This document shows, piece by piece, positions 33,680 through 46,092 of a stretch of DNA of 48,425 nt; position 1 is the first letter of the stretch, and every line of letters begins with the position of its first letter. Source of the stretch: Nemertoderma westbladi (Eukaryota > Animalia > Xenacoelomorpha); contig JAUCBJ010006823.1 in NCBI GenBank assembly GCA_032718475.1, positions 1 through 48,425 of the forward strand, read 5' to 3'. A program made the translations under genes and the position numbers. Under the pieces are notes generated by a model. The model was given only the letters and a program-made list of their open reading frames with translations, was not told the origin of the DNA and ran no database searches.

Positions 33680-34829
33680 TTTGAAGAGTTATCAAAAAAG
33701 AAAGACAGGAATCTGGCTGTTATCTTTGTTGACTTCTTCAAGGCCTTTGATTCAGTCTCTCGCTCACGTATGTTCAGCATACTTTCATTATATGGGATTC
33801 CTGATGAAATTATTGCAGCAATCAGATCAGTATACGATGGTTCGACAACATTTGTGTCTACTGTTGACGGTGACACAGAACCATTTGAAGTGTTATGGGG
33901 CGTCCTCCAGGGAGACACACTTGCACCATTCCTGTTCATAATTGTGGTTGACTATGTTCTACGCATGTCCTTAGATCATCATAATGATGATGGGGTGATG
34001 ATAACTCCACCTACTGGCTAGTACTCTCAGATTCACTAGAGAGAGCCCAACGGCTCCTCAGCTCATTAGAACATGCTGCTTCTAGTGTTGGTCTTTTTAT
34101 TAGCTCCAGAAAGACCAAAATTTTGACAGTTAACTTTGAAAGTCGTCAGCAAGTCTCTGATCGGATGAGCATAAGCTCAAAAGATGGTATGCTTGAGCAT
34201 GTGGACGACTTCTGTTACCTGGGATCATGGATCCGGAAGTCAGGTGAGGACCTTCGAATACATAAGGGAAAGGCATGGGCAGCCTTGAATAGGCTTTCCA
34301 GGATTTGGAAGTCACAGAGAATTAATCGGAAACTTAAGGTCCGATTATTTAGAGCAGCAGTAGTTCCAGTACTCCTCTATGGGAGTCCATGCTGGGCGCT
34401 AACCGCTGAGGACACCAAATCTCTGGATTTCACATTCACAAGAATGCTACGCCGGGTTCATTGTGTCAAGTACAATGCACACATCTCCAACCAGACACTA
34501 TATAACATTGGAGGTGTCTCATTGGTTCCCCCAAGCTTGACACTAGAACAAAATCGCCTCCGTTTTGCAGGACATTGCTTTCGCCGTGAGGACCAACCAG
34601 TGCATAATCTTGTACTTTGGCAGCCTCATGGAGTGAATAAGCATGGTGGACAGCCCATGACTTTCTTGAGACGCATCTTATGGGACACTGGCCTTGAAGA
34701 TGCGGATGATCTAGCAAATGTCATGGGTGATAGGGAGTTGTGGCGGTGCAATTTTGTCGATAAGCCGGCATAGCATTCTTAAAAATGCAGCTGCAATGCA
34801 GCATGCCGATCCTAGTAGTAGTAGTAGTA
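33680..34829 (+). mobile_element. 5'-truncated RTE LINE (family 2) with internal deletion and (TAG)n tail
   Basis: FVDFFKAFDSV, GVLQGDTLAPFLF, DDFCYLGSW, FAGHCFRR; the FADD region is deleted near 34020. Confidence 0.9.
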
Positions 34830-35154
34830 ATTATTCAATTTTTTTTAAATCGCTATAATTCTAATGTTTTTTTACTCAATTCTAGAAGCTTTGAAAGTTT
34901 TTGTTGTTGAAATTTAATGATGGAAAATTGACATTATATTTAATGTGCTAGTTATAAAGAAATTATCAGAAAATTATGTGTTCAATAGTCTTTATGGGAA
35001 ACCTTCATTCGTCTCTCCCGCAATGCCAGCATCCCAGCTTCGGAACATATCGCTTTGATATCAGCACTATAATTAATTTATATTGTTATTCAAGTAAAAA
35101 AAATATAAAAAATATATTTTTACTCAATTCGCGTTATTTTATGCTACACCATGC

Positions 35155-35255
35155 ACGCTGCATTGGGCTTCCCAATTGTGGATTGCATGGTGGTGTCAAA
35201 ATATTTTAGTTATGCCAGCATAGCATCTCAATGTAGCAAGCCGATTTTAGTAGTA
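35155..35255 (+). mobile_element. Short RTE-associated 3'-end fragment
   Basis: Reverse complement of 22680-22765 and 35620-35695; ends in a tagtagtag-like tail. Confidence 0.55.
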
Positions 35256-35607
35256 GTTGTATGTTGGTAAGCAAGTCTAAAATTGATACATACACTGATA
35301 TCTCATATCTCATAGTTTTTCCAAAGATACAACTCCCAAGAAGTATTATTTCAATACATAATACAGTATGGTGTGCTTTGCAGCATAGAGCACCGACATT
35401 ATCATCAAAAACAACATTACTGGTTTTAGGGAATCAGAAATCCATAGTTTGACAAGCTGAGTATGATATTTACCTCCTTTCGAAAAAGATTCCGGGATTA
35501 ATGTTGTTAATGTTAATTCGAGGTCCATTTCTAGGTTGAGCTGTGCCTCTCTTTGAGCCACTCTCCTTGGCCTCAGTCACAAAGCCAAGCCTAATTCCGG
35601 TTTCGCT

Positions 35608-35788
35608 TAGGATTGAAGCTGCACATTGAGATGCTATGCTGTCTTAACAAAAATATTGTAGCCACCACCATGCAATCCACAATTGGCATGCTCCATTGTA
35701 TTAATTAAGCTATGCGGGTTTATCGACAAAATTGCAACGCCACAACCCTCCATGACTTTCGCGAAATGTTCACCATCTTCAAGACCAG
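35608..35788 (-). mobile_element. RTE 3'-end fragment, target of BEL copy C
   Basis: Homology to 22690-22862 and 34690-34780; ends at the LTR start. Confidence 0.65.
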
Positions 35789-37030
35789 TGTAAAAGCCTT
35801 TGCTGAATTGCCCCGTTATTTTTATTATCTCTTACATTAAAATACTCTGTAGTTGATTTAATAAGTGTAAGAGACCGTATTATTGCTGTATCGGTGTTTT
35901 TAGAGGATCTAAGACCTATTTCCTCCGTATGTGTACTGTGAAAGGCATATTTTATGATTCTATGGCAATTCGTGACGCAAAAGGGTGATAGCTACTCTTG
36001 AACAGTAGTTACTATGACTACGGTTAACAGCTGACATTCATACGTGTTGATTTCCTTTGTTCTACGGCGTCTCTCAGTTCAGTCAGCCAATGAGAGCGTT
36101 TTTGTGGCTCCTTGTACAGAAAATTTCCGAGAAATGACGCAATGCCTATGTGCAGTGTTTTCATTCAGTCTTGAGCCAAAGAAAGAACGGCTTGGAAGTA
36201 TTTTTGTGCTGTACTGCTTTTTAGTCGTACACTAGTAGGTTTAATTATAAAGGGCATATATCCTTTAACTGCAATTTAACATACCTGATGACTGCTGACT
36301 GATCATACATGCTGACTGCTGAAACATTGCAAACTCATAACAATCAGTGTTTTCATTGTTGTTTTATACTGCTATTTACCGTCAGTTCTTCATAATATGG
36401 TTGATGAATTATTATATTTGGAATAACGATAAACAACCCCGAAACCCAATGTTCTTGATATACCGAAGGTAAGAGAGAAGGGTTACAGATAAACGATTGT
36501 GACTTATGTTAAAGTGGTTTGAAGTGAATCTAATGTTATTTGATAGACCCTACATGAGTCAGCCTGTGTTCCTTTTATATGTGACTAAAATCAGTGAAGA
36601 TTGGCAGATTAGTGTGCAGTATTGTGCAGCATTGTGTATGAGTGAGTCTGTTAAAGAAGCAATTCCTAAAGAATGCGCCATATATGTGAATTATAATTAA
36701 GCCATATCGTTGTGAGTAGTTTAAGTCATAACTCTGTTTATAGATAAAGCGCCACGTCCTAAAGGAACTGTTAATATTACCGAAGGTGAATAATATTGTC
36801 AGAGATTATATAATACTGTCAGTCGAATAATACATTAGGCTTACATAGCAATAAAATTAAACCGTCGAACCCAATCTCCCGGGAATATCCAGCGGGTGAA
36901 TGGTCGCGCACGGATTGGTTTCGACTAGTGTAGTGAATCAAATACTTGTCATAGACTAAAAAGCGATTTATTATCTAGAAGACATTCTAATTTGGCGGGT
37001 TAAACTGCCAAAGGTCTGAAAGCGCGAACA
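35789..37030 (+). repeat. 5' LTR of copy C (1242 bp)
   Basis: TGTAAAAGC...GCGCGAACA. The 3' half is clearly similar to the copy B LTRs and the 5' half strongly diverged. CCAAT near 36087, TATA-like near 36246, AATAAA near 36850. Confidence 0.85.
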
Positions 37031-40000
37031 TTAAAGGATATTGCTTCTTATTGCAGTAAGCAATAAAGTTAAAAGTACCGGTCAACCGGTACATCTGTAG
37101 GTCAGTAGGCCCAACTGCCAGAACCGGTACCAGTAGGCCTGACTACCTAACCACCCGGACCGGTACCTACAGCAGTACAGGTACAGCAGTATTATTCGAT
37201 TTTGATAATTATATACCAGTAGGCCTTAATAATTAATCAGGGACTGCAGCCCTGGTTTTTTATTGAGATTTCTACTTATTTCTGTCAAGTTTTATTTGTT
37301 TGTAGGCCAGTATTGAACAGAAGGCGTGTAAACCTGATCAGATTGTACAGACAATTTGTAGGCTGAGCTGTTGTCTGATTGCTGTTAAGTCCGAACGAAT
37401 TGCAGTGTGTGTAGAGCACTTGTCCGATTAAGTACGGTTAGGAAGTAGGGGCAGCAACGCTGTAAGGTAAACCCCCAACTAAAGAATAAGTCGCACTACT
37501 GGGTTAGAGCGCATACTCCCTAATCATTTCGGAGTCTGCATGTCCTGTAGTTTATTTAGGCTTGAGAGTAGTCTGCCATCGTTTAGTCTGTACTTTGTTT
37601 GTGTAAGTCTGTACGGGTAGCGTATAATTTTATTTAGATAATTTGTAGGCTGGATAGTTGTCTGGCTGTTATTAGGTCTGAACAGATTGCTGCGTGTGTA
37701 GATCATCTGTCCGATTAAGTACGATTAGGCAGTAGGGGCAGCGAAGCTGTAAGGTAAACCCCCGACTAAAGAATAAGTCGCACTACTGGGTTAGAGCGCA
37801 TACTCCCTAATCATTTCGGAGTCTGCATATACCGTAGTTTGTTTAGGCTTGATAGTAGTCTGTCAGTGTTCGGTCTGTATTTTGTTTGAGTAGTTTGTAC
37901 GCGTAGCGTAATATTTATTATTCAGAGTTTATGCGATTATTCGCAACATTCAAGTCCCTAAGTTTGTTCCTACAGTAATTGTGTTTGTTATACATACCGT
38001 TATAGTTAAATTAACCCCGGTACTACACGGGCTGCTCGGCGTAGGTAAAGACTGGTGATTTTGTGCATCGGTCACTCCAGCAGATGCCGTGGTTCTTTTA
38101 GCTGTTCAAGTATATTTAATTACTGATTATCTGTTATACAAGTACTCGTACCTAATTTAGGGTTTAGTGTACGGTACTTTCCGAAGTAATTATTGTAGGC
38201 ATTATATTTGTGTTGTAAAGTGGTTGATAGGCACATTCGATTAGCTCTATTAACTTCTAGGTAGGAACACTCCGTGATACATAACGTAGAACCTATAGCG
38301 ATACGGCTATAGGTCGTCAGGCGGTGGCATTTTCCTATCTAGACAACGCAGTGTATTTACTACTACTTATTATTTCAAATACCGTAGTACCCTGTCCGTG
38401 TAATAACCGGTTTTCTAACCCTTTGTTAGGCTGGTTTGTAGACTTCTTGTAAAATTACCCTAAAAATTCGTATTTGTGTTTTGTAAATTTTGTGTTTATT
38501 TAGAGATTGTAATCTCACCCGAATTGTACGTAATTTGTAGTATTAAGTAACTTAGGTAAATTAGAATTATTTGTTTTAGTGTCTTATAAGTAACACTTCA
38601 TTGAAAGTGCACCGCTTTGTGTAGTGATTACCCCCAGAAATAATAACATTTATTTCAAACATTGACAAAACCCATTAAAACGGGTATATATAAATTATAA
38701 ATCAAATCTAACGATTTATAAATAGTAGGCCTACCATATAACAATTAGGTCTCAATATCAGTTGGATTACTGCTCAAATAACGGTAAAAAGGTAAGTAAA
38801 GTAACAAAGTAACCCTAAAGTAACAGAAATTCAATTATTTGAAATAATTGATATACCGGTATTTACGATAGGCCTATTATCTTTATTTCTATAAATCTAG
38901 GCTGAAATTATACCGGTACTTGTAATTAATTCTATTTCAGAATTATATATCCTACAAACTGTAAGCTGTATACCGGTATTCCGATAGGCCTATTATATAT
39001 TTATATATATTTGTGCTAAAATTATACCGGTATTCTGTGATAAACCTAGTCTGTAATAATACTTATATAGTTATATATACTATAAGTATACCGGTATTCT
39101 AATATATTATATATATATCACGCTACACTGAGTAGCAGTAACGGTAATTAATTACTAGGCTAGCAGTTCATACTGAGTTACTAGACTTGCTTAGACTGTA
39201 ATACAGCAGTAGACATTCAACGGTATACATAGTCATGTCTGATACTAAGCAGAACCTGTCAGACAGTTTATTAGATGTAACTATCTGCGACTCAGATAGA
39301 GACGTACAAACGTCTGGTCGTAAATCCAGTTCACCTCCCACTGTGAGGAAGGTCATCCCTCCAGTAGTAATAACAGAACCTAGGCTAGTCCAACATCGTA
39401 GGTCTATCATAGGCACTCGAGCTCAGGTCAAGCGGGACCAACAAGCAGCGGAACAGCAACAACCCGCTAGTCAAGAACTTATTCCTCAGCGGCCCAGCAG
39501 CTCCAGTAGTGAGGATACTGTAGAGCTGACACCCGAGAGCGGAGCAGAGATGACGGATGCGGTTTATACGGATCCCCTTCTCATCCTTCCTGCAGCCGTG
39601 CTCGCTGGGTTATTGATCGCGGTGGAAGAACACCAGATCGATTGGGCGAGAAGTCAACGGTCAACTAGAGATAACTACGCGGGATACACTAGTGAAGAAC
39701 TGAAGTCTATTGTCGAGTCGCAATGGAACTTCCCCGGACCCGGACTCCCGTTTGATTTATCAGAAGCTGCCTGGGAAGACATACACCGGATGGGAGTAGC
39801 CAAGGAAACCATCGATCCAGCTGTGTGGAAGAGGTCCGCAGCCGGATACGCACAGGGATTCTTCAGCTCTATGGAGCGAATAGAAAAACAACTTTTTCAA
39901 CAACCTCAAGGACCTCAAGAGCAGGGATCGCTGCTTTATCAAGTTAGAGAAAGAGTTCTGCGGATTAGGCTAATCTTATCCGCCTTTGAGGAGGCTTCTA

Positions 40001-43000
40001 AAAGAAGGCAAGACACGTCGTTGCAAGTTGCCGTAAAGACTTGGTTTCAACGGGTGAGTCGCCAGGTTCAAGGAGCAGCTCAGTGGAAAGCTCAGTTGGA
40101 GGAGCGCTCAACCCATGGAGAATCAACAGACGCTACTTTTTCCCAAGTGGAAAGTGAAGCGACGGCAGAGAAACCGCATAAGAGGGATGCCATTGACATC
40201 TATCTGTCAGACTATCAGCGTTTCGTAGGTGATGAAGAGTTGCGGAGAAGACTAGATGGGCTTAGCCCTAATAGTGAAGGAGCCCAGCGTGTGTTGGATG
40301 CAATTGATGTGGATAGGTTAGCGGCTAATCAAGCTAAATTCGATGAACAACTCCGCGTCGTTAAGGTCCAGGAAGAACAAGTAAAGAAAAAACGTATAGA
40401 AGACAGAAAGGCAGCGGCAGTAGCAGCAGCAGTGGCAGCTGCAGAAGCAGAAACAAAAGCGGCAGCGGCAGTGGCAGCGGCAGAGGAAAAAGCGGCAGTA
40501 GCAGCAGCAAAGGCAGCTGCAGAAGCAGAAACAAAAGCAGCAAAGGCAGCTGCAGAAGCAGAAACAAAAGCGGCAGCGGCAGTGGCAGCGGCAGAGGCAA
40601 AAGCGGCAGTAGCAGCAGCAAAGGCAGCGGCCGAAGCAGAAAGAAAGGCGGCCCTGGCAACAGCAGAGGCAGTGGTAGAAGCAGAACGGAGGGCATCTGA
40701 AGAGGCAACCCAACTAGAGTTGGAAAATCTTCAAGAGAGGCAAGACAACTTCAATAAACAGTTAACAGCTAGTAATATGCAGATGATGAGTCGATCTACT
40801 CCCAAAAGACAGGGGTATACATCATCTGAAGAAGGCGATACCACCGATACTGAAGGCAAAGGAAATAGATCTCGTTTAAGCAGACGTAAAAGAACATTCC
40901 ACCGTCAGAAATTGCCTGATTTGCCTCCAGTTGTTAGAAGGCAACTAAATAACACCAACTTAAGTAGTACAGAGCCCACAGACCAAATAATTAAAATAGA
41001 AAGACTCCCTACTATAGTAGATGAGCCTGAAATAATTAGGCCTGTTCTTGAAATCACCCCTTCGGTGATAGACATACCTGTGCTCCCTGAGACTACCTCT
41101 AAATTCCCTTTGCATAGCACTAAGCTACCTGTGCCCCGTAGAACTGCCCCGGATACAGTTCAGGTCCTGGACCCCGAGCGAATTATTCATAATTTGTCGC
41201 CCGTTGTCCCTCGTCCGCCCGCTACGACGTTGGCGGATCCCGTTTCGGCGGTTGATTGGGTGGACGAGAGACGGCGGGGGATGGATCTCCTGCTCGGGCA
41301 GTTGCAGGAAACTGTCCAGCAATTCAAGGGCACAGTAAGGGAAAGTAGACTAGAGTTGCAAGAAGTGCAGCAAAGTATCGCGCTAGAGCGCGATAAATTA
41401 GTAAATACTCAAAAGGGTATACCACCACCCTCTGTAACAATGTGTCAACCTGTTAGGTCTGAAGTATTGCATGCGCAAGGTGTGGAGCCTACACGCATAT
41501 ATACTGCTAGCGAAGTAGAAACTCCTATAGTGAACCCTATTAAGGGTAATTATAGACCTGTTGATAATGATATTCCCTATAGAACTGATCATAATCCGAG
41601 AAATTTATATACCGATAACTCGATATTAAATAGCACGATGGCCCAAGAAAGTTTTACGCGTCAAATGGCTAGAACCGAAGCCCGGCAAGCGGTAAAGGTT
41701 GGAGAGATCGTCAAGTTCAATGGAGATGAGATGAAATGGTTACCTTTTAATGAATATTACAAAGATAACATACAGAACTCTGTACTATCTAATGGAGAAA
41801 AACTGAGATACCTCATCGAGTGCTTGGAAGGATCTCCCAAGTTAATGGCGTTAAAGTTTATTGGACATCCAGACGGATTAAGACAAGTTTGGGACACGCT
41901 AAACATCAGGTATGGTAATAGGAATAATATCGCTAAGTATTTATATGCAAAATTAGTAGCGCCCAGAAAGTTCATCAGCAGCGGGATAATAGAGTTTTCC
42001 GATGAGATTCAAGAGATCTGTAGACAATTAGATTGGTTAGGTAAGTCTCATGAATACCAAAGTTCTATGGTCATTGGAGCTGTGGCTTCTACTTTACCGA
42101 AAGGTGGGGTAGGCACACGCTGGGATAAGAAAGTACTTTATATGATGGAACAACAACGACGAGACCCTACCATGGCTGATCTCATGTCATTCTTGGATGG
42201 AGAAGTGAAATTGCAACTCCTCAAGCAGTCCCGAGAGAAGACACCGGAAAACAAGGTAAGTGAAAAACCCGTCTCTAGGAGAAAAATAACACCAGTATGT
42301 TATACCGATGACGGCGAAAGCCAGACTTCTCAAGGAGAAGATAGCGGGAAGGACACGGATAGATCTTATTACGTGAATAAAATGCCTAAAGATCAGGTAA
42401 GTAAATTTAAGTCTCGAACAAATGACAGGAGGGAACAGGTAAGAAAAACTCCTCCCACGTCTCCCAAGAGAATTCAGGTGAGAAAACCCGAAGAAAAGGC
42501 AAGTGTACACAATGTGACTCAGAATAAGGTAAGTAACATCAAACCAAAATGTGCGCTGTGTGACGGGACCCACTATTTGAATAGGTGTGATGAATTTCTA
42601 AAGAAATCATTAACGGAGAGACGCGAAGTTATGTGGGATAAGCGGTTATGTTATAATTGCCTCAGACAAGGACACCAACGGCGTACCTGTTTCTCGGACA
42701 TAAGATGTGCAAAGTGTGGTGCGAAACATCATATCTTGTTGCACGCTGAATTCGATCGAAATGGTCCGAATCAGGTAAGTGATTCAGAGCTACATGTCCA
42801 ATTCAGTGATGTGAACGACACTGATCAATCTGAGATGGAAGGATTCTATACAGATGAGTTCTCTGACGAAAACGAATCCTGTTACATGATAAATACCGCA
42901 GTGTATCGAGCGCTAACATATGAGAAAGATACAGAGAACGACTTTACTCTAACTGCTTCTGAACGACAACCACCTTGGAAAGAGACATCCTCCAATGTAG

Positions 43001-43125
43001 GGATCCGAGAGTTTCCTGTGGTGCAGGTAAGGGTTCACGGACCTAAGAGGAGTTATGTAGTGAACGCCCTCCTGGACTCCGGCAGCACAGGAACATTCAT
43101 CGATAAAGAGCTAGCCGAAGATATT
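35789..43125 (+). mobile_element. BEL/Pao LTR retrotransposon copy C (5' LTR, leader, Gag-PR), truncated in the protease
   Basis: Collinear with copy B; homology ends after GAAGATATT at 43125. Confidence 0.92.
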
Positions 43126-43290
43126 ATAGAATTATATTCCCTAAATGCCGTGGATTTTCAAAAATTTTATTTTATTCGAATTAACTTTGTAAAGATTGCT
43201 TTGAGTTCTCATTCGTATTGGTTCTATCTATTATGCATCTATCGGTCAGGTGGTTCAGTAGCTCAGTTGGTAGAGCGTTGGAAATTATAA
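39235..43290 (+). CDS. gag: BEL/Pao Gag-protease ORF of copy C, truncated (last 54 or so residues read into an unrelated insertion)
   Basis: Highly similar to 8287..12444; same DUF1759-like region, three knuckles and ALLDSGSTGTFI. Confidence 0.9.
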   Translation: MSDTKQNLSDSLLDVTICDSDRDVQTSGRKSSSPPTVRKVIPPVVITEPRLVQHRRSIIGTRAQVKRDQQAAEQQQPASQELIPQRPSSSSSEDTVELTPESGAEMTDAVYTDPLLILPAAVLAGLLIAVEEHQIDWARSQRSTRDNYAGYTSEELKSIVESQWNFPGPGLPFDLSEAAWEDIHRMGVAKETIDPAVWKRSAAGYAQGFFSSMERIEKQLFQQPQGPQEQGSLLYQVRERVLRIRLILSAFEEASKRRQDTSLQVAVKTWFQRVSRQVQGAAQWKAQLEERSTHGESTDATFSQVESEATAEKPHKRDAIDIYLSDYQRFVGDEELRRRLDGLSPNSEGAQRVLDAIDVDRLAANQAKFDEQLRVVKVQEEQVKKKRIEDRKAAAVAAAVAAAEAETKAAAAVAAAEEKAAVAAAKAAAEAETKAAKAAAEAETKAAAAVAAAEAKAAVAAAKAAAEAERKAALATAEAVVEAERRASEEATQLELENLQERQDNFNKQLTASNMQMMSRSTPKRQGYTSSEEGDTTDTEGKGNRSRLSRRKRTFHRQKLPDLPPVVRRQLNNTNLSSTEPTDQIIKIERLPTIVDEPEIIRPVLEITPSVIDIPVLPETTSKFPLHSTKLPVPRRTAPDTVQVLDPERIIHNLSPVVPRPPATTLADPVSAVDWVDERRRGMDLLLGQLQETVQQFKGTVRESRLELQEVQQSIALERDKLVNTQKGIPPPSVTMCQPVRSEVLHAQGVEPTRIYTASEVETPIVNPIKGNYRPVDNDIPYRTDHNPRNLYTDNSILNSTMAQESFTRQMARTEARQAVKVGEIVKFNGDEMKWLPFNEYYKDNIQNSVLSNGEKLRYLIECLEGSPKLMALKFIGHPDGLRQVWDTLNIRYGNRNNIAKYLYAKLVAPRKFISSGIIEFSDEIQEICRQLDWLGKSHEYQSSMVIGAVASTLPKGGVGTRWDKKVLYMMEQQRRDPTMADLMSFLDGEVKLQLLKQSREKTPENKVSEKPVSRRKITPVCYTDDGESQTSQGEDSGKDTDRSYYVNKMPKDQVSKFKSRTNDRREQVRKTPPTSPKRIQVRKPEEKASVHNVTQNKVSNIKPKCALCDGTHYLNRCDEFLKKSLTERREVMWDKRLCYNCLRQGHQRRTCFSDIRCAKCGAKHHILLHAEFDRNGPNQVSDSELHVQFSDVNDTDQSEMEGFYTDEFSDENESCYMINTAVYRALTYEKDTENDFTLTASERQPPWKETSSNVGIREFPVVQVRVHGPKRSYVVNALLDSGSTGTFIDKELAEDIIELYSLNAVDFQKFYFIRINFVKIALSSHSYWFYLLCIYRSGGSVAQLVERWKL

Positions 43291-43545
43291 GTGTAGTAGG
43301 TATCGAGTTCGAATCCTAGTAAGTGCGAATTATTTTTTGTGCAGAATTTCAACTCATTTAAATTAACCGCTACAAATTAATTGCATTTATCTGTACCAAT
43401 AAGGCTGTAGTTATTTGATTGTAACCAATGTCGTGCAAGTTATATATTAGCTGGACCAATAAGCTATCTTTAAAATCTTGTTAGAACTCATAGAACAATC
43501 GAGAATTTTCTCGATTGATTGCGGCACAAATTTAGTATATAAAGG
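43126..43545 (+). mobile_element. Short non-autonomous insertion with internal tRNA-like segment and subterminal palindrome (Helitron-like or SINE)
   Basis: A box TAGCTCAGTTGG (43259-43270), B box GAGTTCGAATCC (43305-43316), palindrome CAATCGAGAA-TT-TTCTCGATTG (43496-43517). Confidence 0.5.
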
Positions 43546-43960
43546 TGCGATTCGTTCATTAGTTCACTACTCAATTACTTCACTATTCTCAGATTTATTC
43601 TGTCGTGCTTAGTTTATTCTCAGATTACATTGTATTATAATTGTGTCTTCTGTAATAAAGTCAGAATATTCTCTCAGCCTTTCTGTTTTACTATGGTTTC
43701 ACTACGGTGAACAAACTCAGGGACAGGATGGCCAGCTAGAGATCGGGCCGCAGCAATGAACGGGAACATCACGGGAATGTAGACGAGAGACAACCCGCAA
43801 TACCATCTAGTGTTATTCGCCCATCGCCTGAAAGGTTAGACAGCGTTCGATCCTTGCTACCTAAGTGTAAGACCAAAAGATAAAAGGTAGACGTAGTGAC
43901 ACGCTGCAAGCCTAAAATTACATCATAGGGACTGTACTGTCTTGATTCAGGAAAAAACCG

Positions 43961-44472
43961 CAGTAGACCTTCATATTCCTACGGAGAGGAGAGAGAACAG
44001 ATACTAGTACGCAGATAGGACGTAGGCACACCGGTACAAGGCATACACATTGGTTAGGGTGCAGCAAACTGTACGCTTAACTCTTGCTAAGTACAGGTGT
44101 GTGTGCGACTTTTTGCCGTACAACGGTGTTCAGTGCATCAGAACTTGTAGGCTAGAGGGTTGCTGTGTTTTCACCTGAATTGGGATTGTACCGTTCAGGC
44201 GGTAGGGCAGTTTACAGTAGACCTTCATATTCCTACGGGGGGAGGGAGAGAGAGCAGATACTAGTACGCAGATAGGACGTAGGCACACCGGTACAAGGCA
44301 TACACATTGGTTAGGGTGCAGCAAACTGTACGCTTAACTCTTGCTAAGTACAGGTGTGTGTGCGACTATTTGCCGTACAACGGTGTCCGTTACATCAGAA
44401 CTTGTAGGCTAGGGGGTTGCTGTGTTTTCACCTGAATTGGGATTGTACCGTTCAGGCGGTAGGGCAGTTTAC
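43961..44472 (+). repeat. About 254-bp tandem duplication in leader of copy D
   Basis: cagtagaccttcatattcctacgg...gggcagtttac present twice, nearly identical. Confidence 0.9.
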
Positions 44473-46092
44473 GCTAGGCGCAAATAAATTGAGGCTATCA
44501 GGGATATACTAACATCTACCGTGTCCCCGCCAACGCCCTAATAGGAAGTTACCCGGACTACCTGGGTGACTAAAATTCTAGATAGGAGCCAGGATAGCTA
44601 TTAGTACCCGTACGCCTACAGTAGTAAACTAACACATCTCTTCTTAGTATCAGGGACCTGGTACCTAAAATTGCCGAATTCTGGGCGTAGTATTAACCTT
44701 ATGCCTGAATTTGAGTCCTGGAAATACGCAAGAGGGGAAGGAACCTTATCATTCGTGAGTATTGGACCTACAAGTTATAAAATTAGAATATTCGTAAAAT
44801 GCACACCGTACCCAGTAATTATATATGTGAAGGAGCAAAACTGCTTTGACCGTTCAGAATTAACACACGCGCGTTAGAAATTATTTACACCTCAAAATAT
44901 ATAAAATTAACTTTCGTCCTTACTGCACTTTGCTCGCTAGTTAGACATCTCCAAATCTGCTCTGTACCTAGCTAGCGTCCCTTTGCCCAACCATATAAAT
45001 CACACCGCGGCAAAGTATACGAGCCCCTTAGTCCGTCAGTGAGTCAGCCTGATTTTAGGATTCGCTGCGCGGGATTTTGTTTTATCGAAGTTTGTCTGCT
45101 CGTAGACTGTTTTCTGCCTCACCGGTTAAAAGAGATCGATACTGCAATATATTCGCTTACTTGGGGTTTACTGTTTTGGTGAGAAGGTCGGATTTATGAT
45201 TTGATTTACAAACTTTACAGTAGGATATTGCAGGTATTGTTACCGTCTCTTCCGATAGTAGGAATAGGCGTATCTCTCCAATTTAGTAGGAATATGTTTT
45301 ACTGAACTACGGTTCGGTAGGACTAAAGTTATTTGAAAATTTTGTATTTTGAGGTAAAAATTTGTATTTGATTAGCTAAGTGCTAATTTTTTGAAATAAA
45401 ATTTGATTTGAACCGCGTGTAAAATATTTTTGGAATTGAATACCGGTGTTTAAAAGGGTTTAAATACCATATTGTACCGGTACAAAATTTTCGTAAAGTA
45501 AAACCTAACTCTTTTGTTTTTCAGGATTCAGAACTCATTTCTAGACTGTAACGGGAGCAAGACCGTGTTTAGCAAGTTTGGGAGATAGATAACTCAACAA
45601 CTTTGGTTGGGAAAATCGCGTTTCGTCCGCAACGTTAAAAACGGAAAGGTTCACGTTCGGTTTGTATCTGGGAATCTGTTTTTCTGGAGAATTATTGGAG
45701 TGGGTGAGTTCGAAAAGTTGCATAAATAAGTTAGGCATTACCGTATTAGTTAAAATTATTGTGGGTTCCACTGTCTCAAGTATTTATGCATTCCGTATGA
45801 TTTCTTTGTTCATTGCTGAATTAGTCCGTATTATTGTATTTAATTTACCTTTTGATAACGCATATCGTTATCCGATTTATTTGTTATAAAATTGGCCGCT
45901 AGGCTAATTTTATTATATACTTATTCCGTGACATTTATTTGCTGTAAAATTGGCCGTTTAGGCTAATTTTATCCATCTGCTATAAAATCGGCCGGTAGGC
46001 TAATTTTATATGACTGTAATTAGTACCGTTTTATACAAATACGGTAAACTCGATACTTTGACACTCACTTCACTTGACTTACAACTACCGAA

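Noticed and set aside
40318-40713. Cys-rich and Leu/Pro-rich antisense ORFs (also 11516-11923, 46895-47290)
   Set aside because: Shadows of GCA/GCG-rich alanine tracts in the gag ORFs.
43252-43327. Functional tRNA gene
   Set aside because: A and B boxes are present but the acceptor and anticodon stems do not pair; treated as a tRNA-derived repeat.
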